From Candidatus Kuenenia stuttgartensis (GTDB taxonomy: Bacteria; Planctomycetota; Brocadiia; Brocadiales; Brocadiaceae), in the NCBI RefSeq assembly GCF_900232105.1, contig NZ_LT934425.1, positions 720,001 through 752,000 of the forward strand: a stretch of 32,000 nucleotides of DNA, read 5' to 3'. The number at the start of each line of letters is the position of its first letter. Position 1 is the stretch's first letter. A program made the translations under genes and the position numbers. Of this stretch, positions 19,134 through 27,945 are shown in pieces. The notes under the pieces are model-generated. The model was not told the DNA's origin. It made no database searches and saw only the letters and a program-made list of their open reading frames with translations.

Positions 19134-20904
19134 AAAGATTCGTCATATTATAATTTTTTTGGTATTTTTTCTAACAACCTTTGCAGGGCAGCTTTACGCA
19201 GAAAATACGCAACGTGTGGAAATTTTTGCGCATCGGGGTATATTGGAAGAAACGCCGGAAAATACATTTGCTGCTTTGCACAGGATTGCAGAATTGGGCA
19301 TAGACGGTGTTTTGGTTGATATTCGCAGTACAAAGGATGGCCGGCTTATATTAATGAACGACGAAACGATTGACCGCACAACGGATGGTATGGGCAGGGT
19401 TGACCGTTTATTATATTCGGAAATACAACAGTACGATGCTGGATCATGGCGGGGCGTGGAGTTTGAGGGGGAACGTGTTCCTTTGCTGTCAGACGTACTG
19501 ATGTTTTGTAAAATTAACAAACTTAAACTGATTTTAAATATACAACAGATTTTTCTGGAAGAACAAGTTGCAGAACTGATTAATACCTATGAGATGTCTT
19601 CGCAAGTTTATTTATGGGGAACGATGAGGAATTACAGCCCTAAAAACGCAAGGTCTTTCGGAAAGGGACTGGTGTATGTTTCCACAGATGAACTAAACGA
19701 AGAAAAACTGAAACAAATCCGCAAAGAAAAGAAATACGCATTTACTTCTTTACTGGAAAGTGATGACCGTCGGATAATACAGAGGGCGATAAAGCGGGGA
19801 GTAGATGTTCTTCTCGTGGATTATCCCTATGTAGCAATGGATGTTTTGGATATAAATACCCGATTAAACACCACAACTGAAATAAAAAAGAAAGCACGTG
19901 AAAAAAGGCCGCTTTCGATAGACAATAACGACCCGTTTATTCAAACAAAAATAAAAACACTGTTGAACACGTTGCAGAGCGAAGGAGAGGATGAATCAAG
20001 GACAGCGGCAATAACATTAGCCGTTCTGCCACAGAAATACACGGTACCGCCGCTTCTGAAATTATTCAAAAAGAAGAGTGCAAAGATAAGGCAAAATGCC
20101 GTTTGGGCGCTGAGTTTTTGTGGTGATAATACTATCGCACCACAGATAGAACCGCTTTTAAACGATAAAAATACCATCGTTCGGAGGGAGGCGGTGCTCG
20201 CATTAAAAAGGCTTGGCGCAGCACAATCAATACGGGCGCTTACTGACAGGTTTCAAAGAGAAACTGAGATAAACGTAAGATATGATATTGCAAGGGCATT
20301 ATGCACTCTGGGAAATCAAGGTTCAGTCTTTCCCATACTGGAGATGCTTAAAAAAGAAAAGAGCTGGCTTGTCAAAGAGGCTTGCATTGAAGCGGCAGGC
20401 AATAGTGGTAATGATAAAGCAATTGCAGCCTTGTACGATATTCTTATCACCGATGCGGAAAGTGAGGCCTCCTTTGCCCGTACAAAATCAGCGTGGGCAT
20501 TGGCTTCTATGGAGGAAAAGGCCGTTCCTTTTCTGATAAAGGCCCTCCATGATAACGAAGAATCTACAAGGCGTAAAGCCAGTTGGGCGTTAATAAAAAC
20601 AGGCAATCCTGCGGTACCGGCATTAATTGGCGCACTGAATGACGTTAATGAACATACGAGAAATCGTGCAGCGCAGATACTCGGATGGATTGGCAATGCA
20701 AGCGCCGTAACCCCGCTGATGTGGTCGCTAAAAGATAAATCCCCTTTGGTGGTAAGCTCTGCAGCCTGGGCGCTTGGCAGAATCGGGACGCCAAAGACAC
20801 TTCTATCCCTGAAGGCACTCATAAATAGCGGGAATGAAGACGTCGTGGAAAGCGCATTTGAGGCGATGGGCAGGATTGTGGAGCGATACAAAGATATTGA
20901 GTAG
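19120..20904 (+). CDS. Glycerophosphodiester phosphodiesterase domain fused to C-terminal HEAT repeats
   Basis: Signal-type N-terminus; GDPD motifs IFAHRGILEETPENTFAALHRIAELGIDGVLVDIRSTKDGRLILMNDETIDRTTDG; C-terminal tandem HEAT repeats (IRQNAVWALSFCGD, VRREAVLALKRLG, TRRKASWALIKTG, TRNRAAQILGWIG). Overlaps the upstream gene by 14 nt. Confidence 0.92.
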   Translation: MRINKKIRHIIIFLVFFLTTFAGQLYAENTQRVEIFAHRGILEETPENTFAALHRIAELGIDGVLVDIRSTKDGRLILMNDETIDRTTDGMGRVDRLLYSEIQQYDAGSWRGVEFEGERVPLLSDVLMFCKINKLKLILNIQQIFLEEQVAELINTYEMSSQVYLWGTMRNYSPKNARSFGKGLVYVSTDELNEEKLKQIRKEKKYAFTSLLESDDRRIIQRAIKRGVDVLLVDYPYVAMDVLDINTRLNTTTEIKKKAREKRPLSIDNNDPFIQTKIKTLLNTLQSEGEDESRTAAITLAVLPQKYTVPPLLKLFKKKSAKIRQNAVWALSFCGDNTIAPQIEPLLNDKNTIVRREAVLALKRLGAAQSIRALTDRFQRETEINVRYDIARALCTLGNQGSVFPILEMLKKEKSWLVKEACIEAAGNSGNDKAIAALYDILITDAESEASFARTKSAWALASMEEKAVPFLIKALHDNEESTRRKASWALIKTGNPAVPALIGALNDVNEHTRNRAAQILGWIGNASAVTPLMWSLKDKSPLVVSSAAWALGRIGTPKTLLSLKALINSGNEDVVESAFEAMGRIVERYKDIE

Positions 20905-21032
20905 CATCTGAATGCCTTACGCAAAGAGAAATGCAGCCCAAAAGTGGTATATGGCGGCATTGGTTACGTTTTACAAACGTGTGCAATAAACAATTTGACT
21001 AAATAATAGGATTTCAATATTATGACGAGATT

Positions 21033-21350
21033 AAAATTTTGTAACTATTCAGCGTAATTTATTAAACTACCGGAGATCAGAGCGCAACTCGTTCCCAAAC
21101 CTTGTACTGAACATAGTGAAGTATCTGTTTGGGAACGTAATTACACTGGAAACTTTGTTTCCAGTGAGGGTCTGACTTGACAAATTACAAACTGTATTAA
21201 CCCTGTGATTTTATTCCCTATCTATCAGCAAACAGGCGAGAAACCGGAGTTTCTCGAACAAATGCATTCCCAAACAGATACTTCACTATGTTCAGTACAA
21301 GGTTTGGGAACGAGCCGTGTATCGTTTACGCTGAATAGTTACAAAATTTT
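21033..21350. repeat. 318-bp non-coding inverted-repeat element
   Basis: Outer perfect 22-bp arms AAAATTTTGTAACTATTCAGCG (21033-21054)/(21329-21350). Inner perfect 48-bp arms CTCGTTCCCAAACCTTGTACTGAACATAGTGAAGTATCTGTTTGGGAA (21088-21135)/(21267-21314). Confidence 0.9.
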
Positions 21351-21482
21351 TGTAATAGTCCTTATAATATGTGTTTTATGGCAGAGACAATCCCCCGACA
21401 ATTAGCAGTATGTAGCACCTTATCAGTAATTTCTTTGGTATTTTCTGGTTTACGAGGGGATTTATGGGTGGGTAAATAAGAA

Positions 21483-21516
21483 AAGCCGTTGGGTTTTGTT
21501 TTTTTAAACCCGGCTT
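21483..21516 (+). terminator. Stem-loop AAGCCG-TT-GGGTTT ... AAACCC-GGCTT, possible terminator
   Basis: Imperfect GC stem with T-rich loop upstream of cobA-hemD. Confidence 0.45.
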
Positions 21517-21529
21517 ATTTCAATATTTT

Positions 21530-21557
21530 TGCAGAGACGCATGCATGCGTCTCTGCA
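21530..21557. repeat. Perfect 28-bp palindrome TGCAGAGACGCATGCATGCGTCTCTGCA
   Basis: Direct inspection; related to the palindrome at 23140-23172. Confidence 0.9.
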
Positions 21558-21583
21558 TTTAATCTATAAGGAAAGGTATTTTA

Positions 21584-23113
21584 TTGATGAAACGCAGTAT
21601 TGTGTACTTAGTAGGAGCAGGTCCTGGAGATCCGGGGCTTATAACCGTAAAAGGGCATGAGTGTATTAAAAAAGCAGACGTCATTGTTTATGATTATCTC
21701 GTAAACGTTGAATTACTTAAAGCCGCAAAGCCAGACGTGGAAATGATATATGTAGGAAAGCAAGGCGGTTCCCATACCCTTGAACAGGAGGATATTAATA
21801 AGCTTCTCGTAGAAAAAGCATTGGAAGATAAAATTGTCACACGGCTGAAAGGGGGAGATCCTTATATTTTTGGACGCGGCGGAGAAGAAGCCCTTGTTCT
21901 GCGAGAATATAAGATCCCTTTTGAAGTAGTTCCGGGCATTACCGCAGCTATAGCGACTCCTAACTATGCAGGCATTCCCGTAACGCATAGGGAATATACC
22001 TCTACTTTTGGTTTGATTACCGGGCATGAAGACCCTGCCAAGAACGAAAGCTCCATTGACTGGTCAAAAATAAGCACGGGGATTGGCACACTGGCATTTT
22101 ATATGGGGGTAAAAAACCTTCCATATATTACAGAACAGCTTATGAAGCACGGACGTTCCGGCGATACGCCGGTGGCGGTAATACGGTGGGGCACCACTTT
22201 CCGGCAGGAAACCGTTGTCGGCACACTGAATACGATTGTAGCGAAGGCAAAAAATATCAAACCTCCTGCAATAACCATCGTTGGTGAAGTTGTTAAGTTG
22301 CGTGACCAGCTTAATTGGTTTGAAAACAGGCCATTGTTTGGCAAAACGATTGTCGTTACCCGTTCGAGAGAACAGGCAAGCGAATTTGCGGACAGGCTAT
22401 ATGAATTTGGCGCAAATGTAATCGAGTTTCCCACGATTGAAATTGTAAAACCGGATTCAATACAACCATTGGATGAAGCAATAAATACCATTAATACTTA
22501 CGACTGGCTGGTATTTACAAGTATTAATGGTGTGGATAGTTTTTTCCAGCGATTGTTTGAATTAGGAAAGGATGTAAGGGTTTTGAAAGGCCTTAAGATA
22601 TGTGCCATAGGCCCTGCTACTGCCGGAGGCATAGAAAGGTATAATATCAGGGTCGATTGTAAACCGCCAAAGTTTGTGGCAGAATCTGTGGCGGAAGAAC
22701 TGAAGAGGGTAACGGCAATAAAAGGCGAGCGGTTTTTACTTCCACGGGCAGATATAGCAAGAAGTTATCTTCCCGAAGAATTGCAGAAGTCAGGCGGTGA
22801 AGTTAACGACCTGATTGTATACAAGACCCTTATGGGGCAGCCAAAAGACGTCAATATTTTAGAGAAAATGAGAAACGGGGAGATTAACATCATTACCTTT
22901 ACCAGTTCCTCAACGGTAAGGAATTTTGTACAACTTATAGGAAAAGAAAATATCACTTCTTTAAAAGGACATATCCAATTTGCGAGTATTGGCCCCATTA
23001 CTACAAAGACAGCGGAAGAAATGGGGATTGATATTGCCATTAAAGCGAAGGAATATACGATCCCCGGATTGGTAAATGCCATACTGGAAAGTACATCTCC
23101 CATTGATAAATAA
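21584..23113 (+). CDS. cobA-hemD: Fused uroporphyrinogen-III C-methyltransferase / uroporphyrinogen-III synthase
   Basis: N-terminal SUMT: VYLVGAGPGDPGLITVKGHECIKKADVIVYDYLVN...RLKGGDPYIFGRGGEEA. C-terminal HemD: GKTIVVTRSREQASEFADRLYEFGANVIEFPTIEIV...FTSINGVDSFFQRLF. Confidence 0.96.
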   Translation: MMKRSIVYLVGAGPGDPGLITVKGHECIKKADVIVYDYLVNVELLKAAKPDVEMIYVGKQGGSHTLEQEDINKLLVEKALEDKIVTRLKGGDPYIFGRGGEEALVLREYKIPFEVVPGITAAIATPNYAGIPVTHREYTSTFGLITGHEDPAKNESSIDWSKISTGIGTLAFYMGVKNLPYITEQLMKHGRSGDTPVAVIRWGTTFRQETVVGTLNTIVAKAKNIKPPAITIVGEVVKLRDQLNWFENRPLFGKTIVVTRSREQASEFADRLYEFGANVIEFPTIEIVKPDSIQPLDEAINTINTYDWLVFTSINGVDSFFQRLFELGKDVRVLKGLKICAIGPATAGGIERYNIRVDCKPPKFVAESVAEELKRVTAIKGERFLLPRADIARSYLPEELQKSGGEVNDLIVYKTLMGQPKDVNILEKMRNGEINIITFTSSSTVRNFVQLIGKENITSLKGHIQFASIGPITTKTAEEMGIDIAIKAKEYTIPGLVNAILESTSPIDK

Positions 23114-23139
23114 GTTCATAGTACAGGAACTTCAATATT

Positions 23140-23172
23140 AATGTAGAGACGCATGCAATGCGTCTCTACATT
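23140..23172. repeat. Perfect 15-bp-arm hairpin AATGTAGAGACGCAT-GCA-ATGCGTCTCTACATT
   Basis: Direct inspection; same GAGACGCAT core as 21530-21557. Confidence 0.9.
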
Positions 23173-24416
23173 GAAAAATCGCCAAAGGCATAATTTACTT
23201 CAAAAAATAAACCCCCTGCTTACTTGACCTACATCATTTTTTCACCCCCCCCGGAGAAACGTTCTATGTGCATTACAGCACAATGTTTTTCCAGTTGATA
23301 TGTCTGTAAATTCCATTTAATTTGAAACGCAATGTAATGTAAAAGGTATCGGTACCGCATATCACATATAAGGAGGCCATCAATATGAAAAGAGCAAATA
23401 TTAACATAAAAATATCCGTTATGTTTTTGTTTATAACGGATGTTCACCCCAAGTCAAAAAACAAAAGTGCCGTAAAAGCCTTATATTTATTGGCTTTTAC
23501 GCCGAACAGCAAGCTTTTTTCTAGTGACTACCCGTATGTTCCGGCTTGGCAATACTTCTGGCAACTTTATCTGTAATGCCTCTAATAATTCATGTGATTG
23601 TTGCCGCGGACGCGGGATCTTCTGGCAACTAGCTTTTTGGCCTTTGATTGTTACTTCCATCGAACAAATGGTCGTCAATTGTGCGAGACCTTCCTCTACC
23701 GTCAAGTCAAAATTCTTCCACGCTCTGCGCAGCCTTCGAATTATCATGTACGCAAGCATTACCACAAACACATGTCCCCGTGTACTATCCTCCTTTCTTA
23801 CATACACCGGACGAACCTCCAAATTCACCGTCTTACAGTCCCGAAACGCCTTCTCCACTTCCGTTAAATCCTTGTATCGTTCATGTACCAGATTGGTATC
23901 CGCCTCGTTCTCCTCAAGATCAGTCTTGATTGCGTAACAACCATCAAGGTATGATGCCTCCTTTAATGCTTCCTCAGCTCTCTCTATCTTTAGCGTCCTA
24001 TCCTCTTCTTTTATCTGCACCCACCCATCAAGTTTCAATCTCGTTAGCCTTTCCCTTGTTGTTTCCAGGGCCTTCGATACTGACGACTTAGGATGTTCCT
24101 TCAGATAACTGTTCTTCTTCACGATGTATTTCTCTATACTCTGTAATTTTGATACACGGGTCTTTGACATCTCTTCCGCCCTTACCGGATTGCGCCTCAG
24201 AATATATCTAACCTCATCATCCTTTATCTCGCAGAGCTTTTCTTCGAACAATCCTAATTGCAGTATCCCTTTATTTATCAACGACTCTATCTGCGGCTTG
24301 GTTATCGCCGTTATGTAATGAAACCCTTCCGGTAAACTTTCGATTTGCACCGTCTTGATCATCCCACGATCTCCTACATGCTAAGCCCCACAATAAATGA
24401 ACCTGGAATTCTCAGA

Positions 24417-24719
24417 TTAAGTGGAATTAATATATTGAGGTAAAACGGATTTTAGCAGATAGACAGCATCTGGGAAAGAGGAGTTGGAATCTACCATGAC
24501 GATGTCGATGGTATTAAAGTTTTTTTTACAACGGAAACACCTGGCGAGGTTCGTATTTGGGTTGGTGGCGGAATTAAATTCAGAACAGAGAGGGCAGAGG
24601 AAGCGGAAATAGCCTTCGGAGTATTTATGAGGTATGGAGAGGACATCAGCGATGAGTCGATCGATGGGGATATCGTTTCGTAATGAGCGCAAGAGTTGAG
24701 GGGAAAAGAGACGGGCCAT
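24417..24719 (-). CDS. Small DnaG/CHC2-like zinc-finger protein
   Basis: 100 aa: YFRFLCPLCSEFNSATNPNTNLARCFRCKKNFNTIDIVM, a C-x2-C...C-x2-C arrangement resembling the DnaG zinc-binding domain. Confidence 0.75.
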   Translation of the reverse strand: MARLFSPQLLRSLRNDIPIDRLIADVLSIPHKYSEGYFRFLCPLCSEFNSATNPNTNLARCFRCKKNFNTIDIVMVDSNSSFPDAVYLLKSVLPQYINST

Positions 24720-24730
24720 GGTAGACCTCC

Positions 24731-25522
24731 TTAAAAAGATTGAATTTCAGCAAGAGCCTGATGGAAGATATCCTGGGTAATTTTCTGTGATTGTCTGATG
24801 GAAGCGTTAATCAGGCAGGCGGTGGAAATGGCGTTGATTTGCCTTGGGATGCCGGCGGAGAACTCATGGATCAGGTCTTTGACGTCTGAGTCAAAGATTT
24901 TATCGGATGCGCCGGAAGATTTCAGATGGAAGTCTATGTATGCAGCGGTTTGAGTTTTAGTAAGGGGATGAATGTGGTAATGTACCGAGATGCGTTGTGC
25001 GAAGTCGGCATGGATGTCTCTTTTGAGGATATATTTGAGGTGTTCCTGTCCCGAGAGGATGATTTTGAGATGAGTGGAAGAATCAAGCGGAGAGCTGACA
25101 AGGAGTCTGAGGTCTGTGATGGCGTCGGTTTTCAGGAGATGAGCCTCGTCGATAACGATAATGGGAGTGAGATTTGAGCGCAAGGATTTATCCATAATTT
25201 GGAGGAAGAGCCGGTCTTTGGTGTGTTTTGGTATTTCACCGAGCTGGGAGACGATTAAGGAGAGAAGGCTGGATGATTTTAGGTGGGTAAAATGGAGGTA
25301 GATGGGGAGAAACAGGTTTTGGGGGATTTGTGAGAGGAAGAGTTTGAGGAGTGTGGATTTTCCGACTCCCGTCTGTCCGTAGAGGACGGCGATAGAGCCT
25401 GAGTGTAAGAGGTATTGGAGTCGTGCAAGCCCCTGGGTAAAGCGTTCGTCTTTCATGATAAGGCTGGTGTTGATTCTTTCAGAGAACGGCTGAGTAGTCA
25501 TGGAAAAATGAGAAGTAAACAT
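24731..25522 (-). CDS. ExeA/TniB/TnsC-like AAA+ ATPase
   Basis: 263 aa; Walker A LYGQTGVGKST, Walker B PIIVIDEAHLL, sensor-like KIILSGQEHL, IPRQINAISTACL. Confidence 0.9.
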   Translation of the reverse strand: MFTSHFSMTTQPFSERINTSLIMKDERFTQGLARLQYLLHSGSIAVLYGQTGVGKSTLLKLFLSQIPQNLFLPIYLHFTHLKSSSLLSLIVSQLGEIPKHTKDRLFLQIMDKSLRSNLTPIIVIDEAHLLKTDAITDLRLLVSSPLDSSTHLKIILSGQEHLKYILKRDIHADFAQRISVHYHIHPLTKTQTAAYIDFHLKSSGASDKIFDSDVKDLIHEFSAGIPRQINAISTACLINASIRQSQKITQDIFHQALAEIQSF

Positions 25523-25524
25523 GG

Positions 25525-27085
25525 TTAAGAGACCTCCTTTTTCGAGTAAGCGATTTGTAATTCACGAATGATATAGGGTAAGGTTTTCACGGAGGCATTT
25601 TGGAATGCCTCCGTGAGCAATGATTCGTTGAGAGCGGGGATACGGTTGTAGCATTTTTTAAGCGATTCGAGTTCATGAGAGCTGAAGGCGGAGAGAGAGC
25701 CTTTGTGTCCCATGAGGAGTGCGAGTTTCTGGACGAATGCCATGAATGGCCAGGGTCGTTCGGAGATGATTTGGTGGTAATCAATGCCTTTGGCCTGAGC
25801 CTGGAGAATGGATTTGTGTTTCTGAGTGATAAGGTCGAGGTAATTATGTTTTGGTTTTGAAGGTGAGGCGGCTGGAGTTTCAGCGCCCTGGTCGCGCAGG
25901 TAGAGATTTCCCGAGCCGAGGTATTCACCGTTTGCGGAATAGATCAAGACCTTTTTGAGATCGCCGTATGGGTCGTAACGGACTTCTACTTTATCGCCTC
26001 TGAGTTTGGGGTCAACACGGTAAAAGCGGTTATCAATGCGGACATCGGCAAAGGTTCTGTCAACGGTTCTGGGGATGCGTTTCATGAAGAAGGCAAGAGC
26101 GGCGTCCATATCGACGTGTCGGATGACGGTAAGCCCCTCGTCGTAGCGTTGTTTTGGAGATTGATTGGTTTCGGAGTGGATTCTTGCGTGATAGACAACG
26201 GCAAGGTAAGCGGAGAAGGCCTGGTTAATGGCATCAAGGGTGATAATGTCGCCGGAGCGGACTTCCGACTCGAACTATGTCTGGCTGGTGCCGAAGAAAC
26301 GTTCGACCAGTCCGCCGGGAGCAGGGTCGCGTGGTGGTCTGTGGATGAGTTTAATGCCGAGGTTGTAACAGGCAGAGCGCAGGGCGTCAGAGTGGTAGAC
26401 CTTGGCATTGTCGAGGTAGAGTTCTTTGGGCGAGCCGTGGATAGTCCAGGCCCTGATGAGAGAATCGATAAGGATATCGAGGGTTTGTTTGAGATAATAC
26501 CGTCCTTCGACCACATAACGGCTGTAGCAGTCGATAAAGAGACAGAGGTTTGTGGGAAGCGCCTCGCCGTCAACGAGCACGAAAGGGCCTTCCTGGAAGT
26601 CGCCAATCCAGAGGTCGTGGGTATGCTCACGGCTAAGAGCGTATACGCACCTTTTGCTGTGAGACGCCGAGTTTGAGCCGGGTCGCCCCTGCGAGTCTGA
26701 GATGGCGGTAGAGGGTGGATTTGGGGATCGTTTTCCCATAGTATTTCTCAAGAAAGCGGTTGAGGCAATCGTCGCTGCGGCGTGGTTGTTCTTTTTTGAG
26801 TTCAACGGCTTTGTCGATAATTTCAGGAGAAAACCTTCTGGATGCGCCACGGTCGCTCCTCGCCTTTCTTGCAAGAGATTGAAATCCATCTTTGCGGTAG
26901 CGGTTGAGTTTTCTCCTGAGGGTAGAGATAGTGGGTCTTTTCCGCTTTCCGTTGGGGAATACGACCTCCTGAAGGCAGAGTTTTTTCAGAAAAAGGTTGG
27001 TCTGCTCCTTCTCAATCTCACCGAAGATGACAGGATGCAGAAGATTGCACCAGAATAAAGCCCATTTTTCGTCTTTCGATTTCAT
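25525..27085 (-). pseudogene. Mu/IS481-like D,D35E transposase, disrupted by one frameshift (about 26635-26660) and one in-frame TAG (26275-26277)
   Basis: N-terminal HTH ORF 26633-27085; catalytic ORF with WIGDFQEGP (D), ELYLDNAK (D) and GGLVERFFG (E, 35 residues later); C-terminal ORF continues in the same frame after TAG: FESEVRSGDIITLDAINQAFSAYLAVVYHARIHSETNQSPKQRYDEG... Confidence 0.88.
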
Positions 27086-27123
27086 AATTCACCTCCTTTT
27101 TTAAGTGTGGAGGTGATTGTAAC

Positions 27124-27762
27124 TCAAGACCAGCCGCTTTTTGTTGCCAGTTCGGGGAAAAATGAATGCCCAAAAATTCGGTGATATTCCGGCTCGGCGC
27201 TGAACAATTGAATCGATTGATCGAGGGAGGTTTTTCGTTGTTTGCTTTTATACTTTCCGTGGTAAATGGGAAACATTTGGCGAAAAACCGGAGAGTTGGG
27301 GTCGGCCTGCCTGATGAGGTCAAAGGCGTTGCGGAGTGTGTATTTCAGTGAGCCAAAGAAACGCAGCCACCTCCAAACGGTTGACCAGGCAAGCATGCGG
27401 TTGTCTATTTCCTGTGTTCGGGTAGTATATCCGATGGCAGAGGAGACACTCCGGTAGGTTTCTGTATCATCTTTGACATAAGCCTGACTGAAGGAGAGAC
27501 AGTGATCCTTTACGTACCGCTTGTAAGGGAGCGCATACTCAGGATAGGAAGTAAACGTCTTCTTGCACAAGGAACATTTCCAACGTCCCAGGAAAGATTC
27601 TATCGTATGAACAAGGGAGTCGATAATAACGTGAAACAACCGATATCTGCATTCATGAAGGGTGAAATTGACATGGGTACTCTTGCACTTTGGACAAAAG
27701 CATGGCTTCTGTTTTGTCGCAATAAGCTTTTCATGCTTGTGGATTTTTTCTATAATATTCAC
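27124..27762 (-). CDS. Cys-rich protein with two CxxC zinc-binding pairs (DUF6431-like)
   Basis: GTG start with SD AAAGGAGG (rc of 27769-27776). CFCPKCKSTHVNFTLHECRYRLFHVIIDSLVHTIESFLGRWKCSLCKKTFTSYPEYALPYKRY. The DUF name is from recall, not a search. Confidence 0.65.
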   Translation of the reverse strand: MNIIEKIHKHEKLIATKQKPCFCPKCKSTHVNFTLHECRYRLFHVIIDSLVHTIESFLGRWKCSLCKKTFTSYPEYALPYKRYVKDHCLSFSQAYVKDDTETYRSVSSAIGYTTRTQEIDNRMLAWSTVWRWLRFFGSLKYTLRNAFDLIRQADPNSPVFRQMFPIYHGKYKSKQRKTSLDQSIQLFSAEPEYHRIFGHSFFPELATKSGWS

Positions 27763-27791
27763 GCACTGCCTCCTTTGTATAGGGGGGAAAT

Positions 27792-27833
27792 GGGCAGGAG
27801 GATGAAGTTTCCCAACGTTCGGTCCTCCTGCCC
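27792..27833 (-). promoter_or_regulatory. Leader stem-loop upstream of the Cys-rich gene
   Basis: Perfect 11-bp inverted repeat GGGCAGGAGGA (27792-27802) / TCCTCCTGCCC (27823-27833), located 16 bp upstream of the SD. Confidence 0.5.
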
Positions 27834-27915
27834 TGAGTTTTTTATGTTCCGGAAAAATCTTACAAAACTTGTCCTCGTGAAAACGGGGAACTGGGAAGTA
27901 AACCGCCGTTAGGAA

Positions 27916-27945
27916 GTTTGGAAGTGGTTTTAACCCCTTCCAAAC
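27916..27945. repeat. 30-bp near-palindrome GTTTGGAAGTGGTTTTAACCCCTTCCAAAC
   Basis: 9-bp perfect outer arms plus inner GGTT/AACC. Inside the 3790-bp element near its gene-free end. Confidence 0.7.

Noticed and set aside
21360-21580. Cobalamin riboswitch upstream of cobA-hemD
   Set aside because: Looked for one because of the cobA function; only a simple stem-loop and a palindrome are visible, with no recognisable B12-box consensus.
23524-23937. Plus-strand ORFs at 23524, 23598 and 23648
   Set aside because: Antisense shadows of the IS1634-like transposase C-terminus.
26082-26630. 182-aa minus-strand ORF inside the transposase region
   Set aside because: The Ser/Thr/Pro-rich translation (MSIPTTSGLATSRK...) is an out-of-frame shadow of the transposase catalytic region.
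26650-26660. Classical -1 programmed frameshift in the transposase
   Set aside because: The frame change required is +1 (or -2), and no X-XXY-YYZ heptamer fits; treated as an indel unless homologs show conservation.
27502-27912. 136-aa plus-strand ORF
   Set aside because: Antisense to the Cys-rich gene and its leader; no recognisable domain and no convincing start context.
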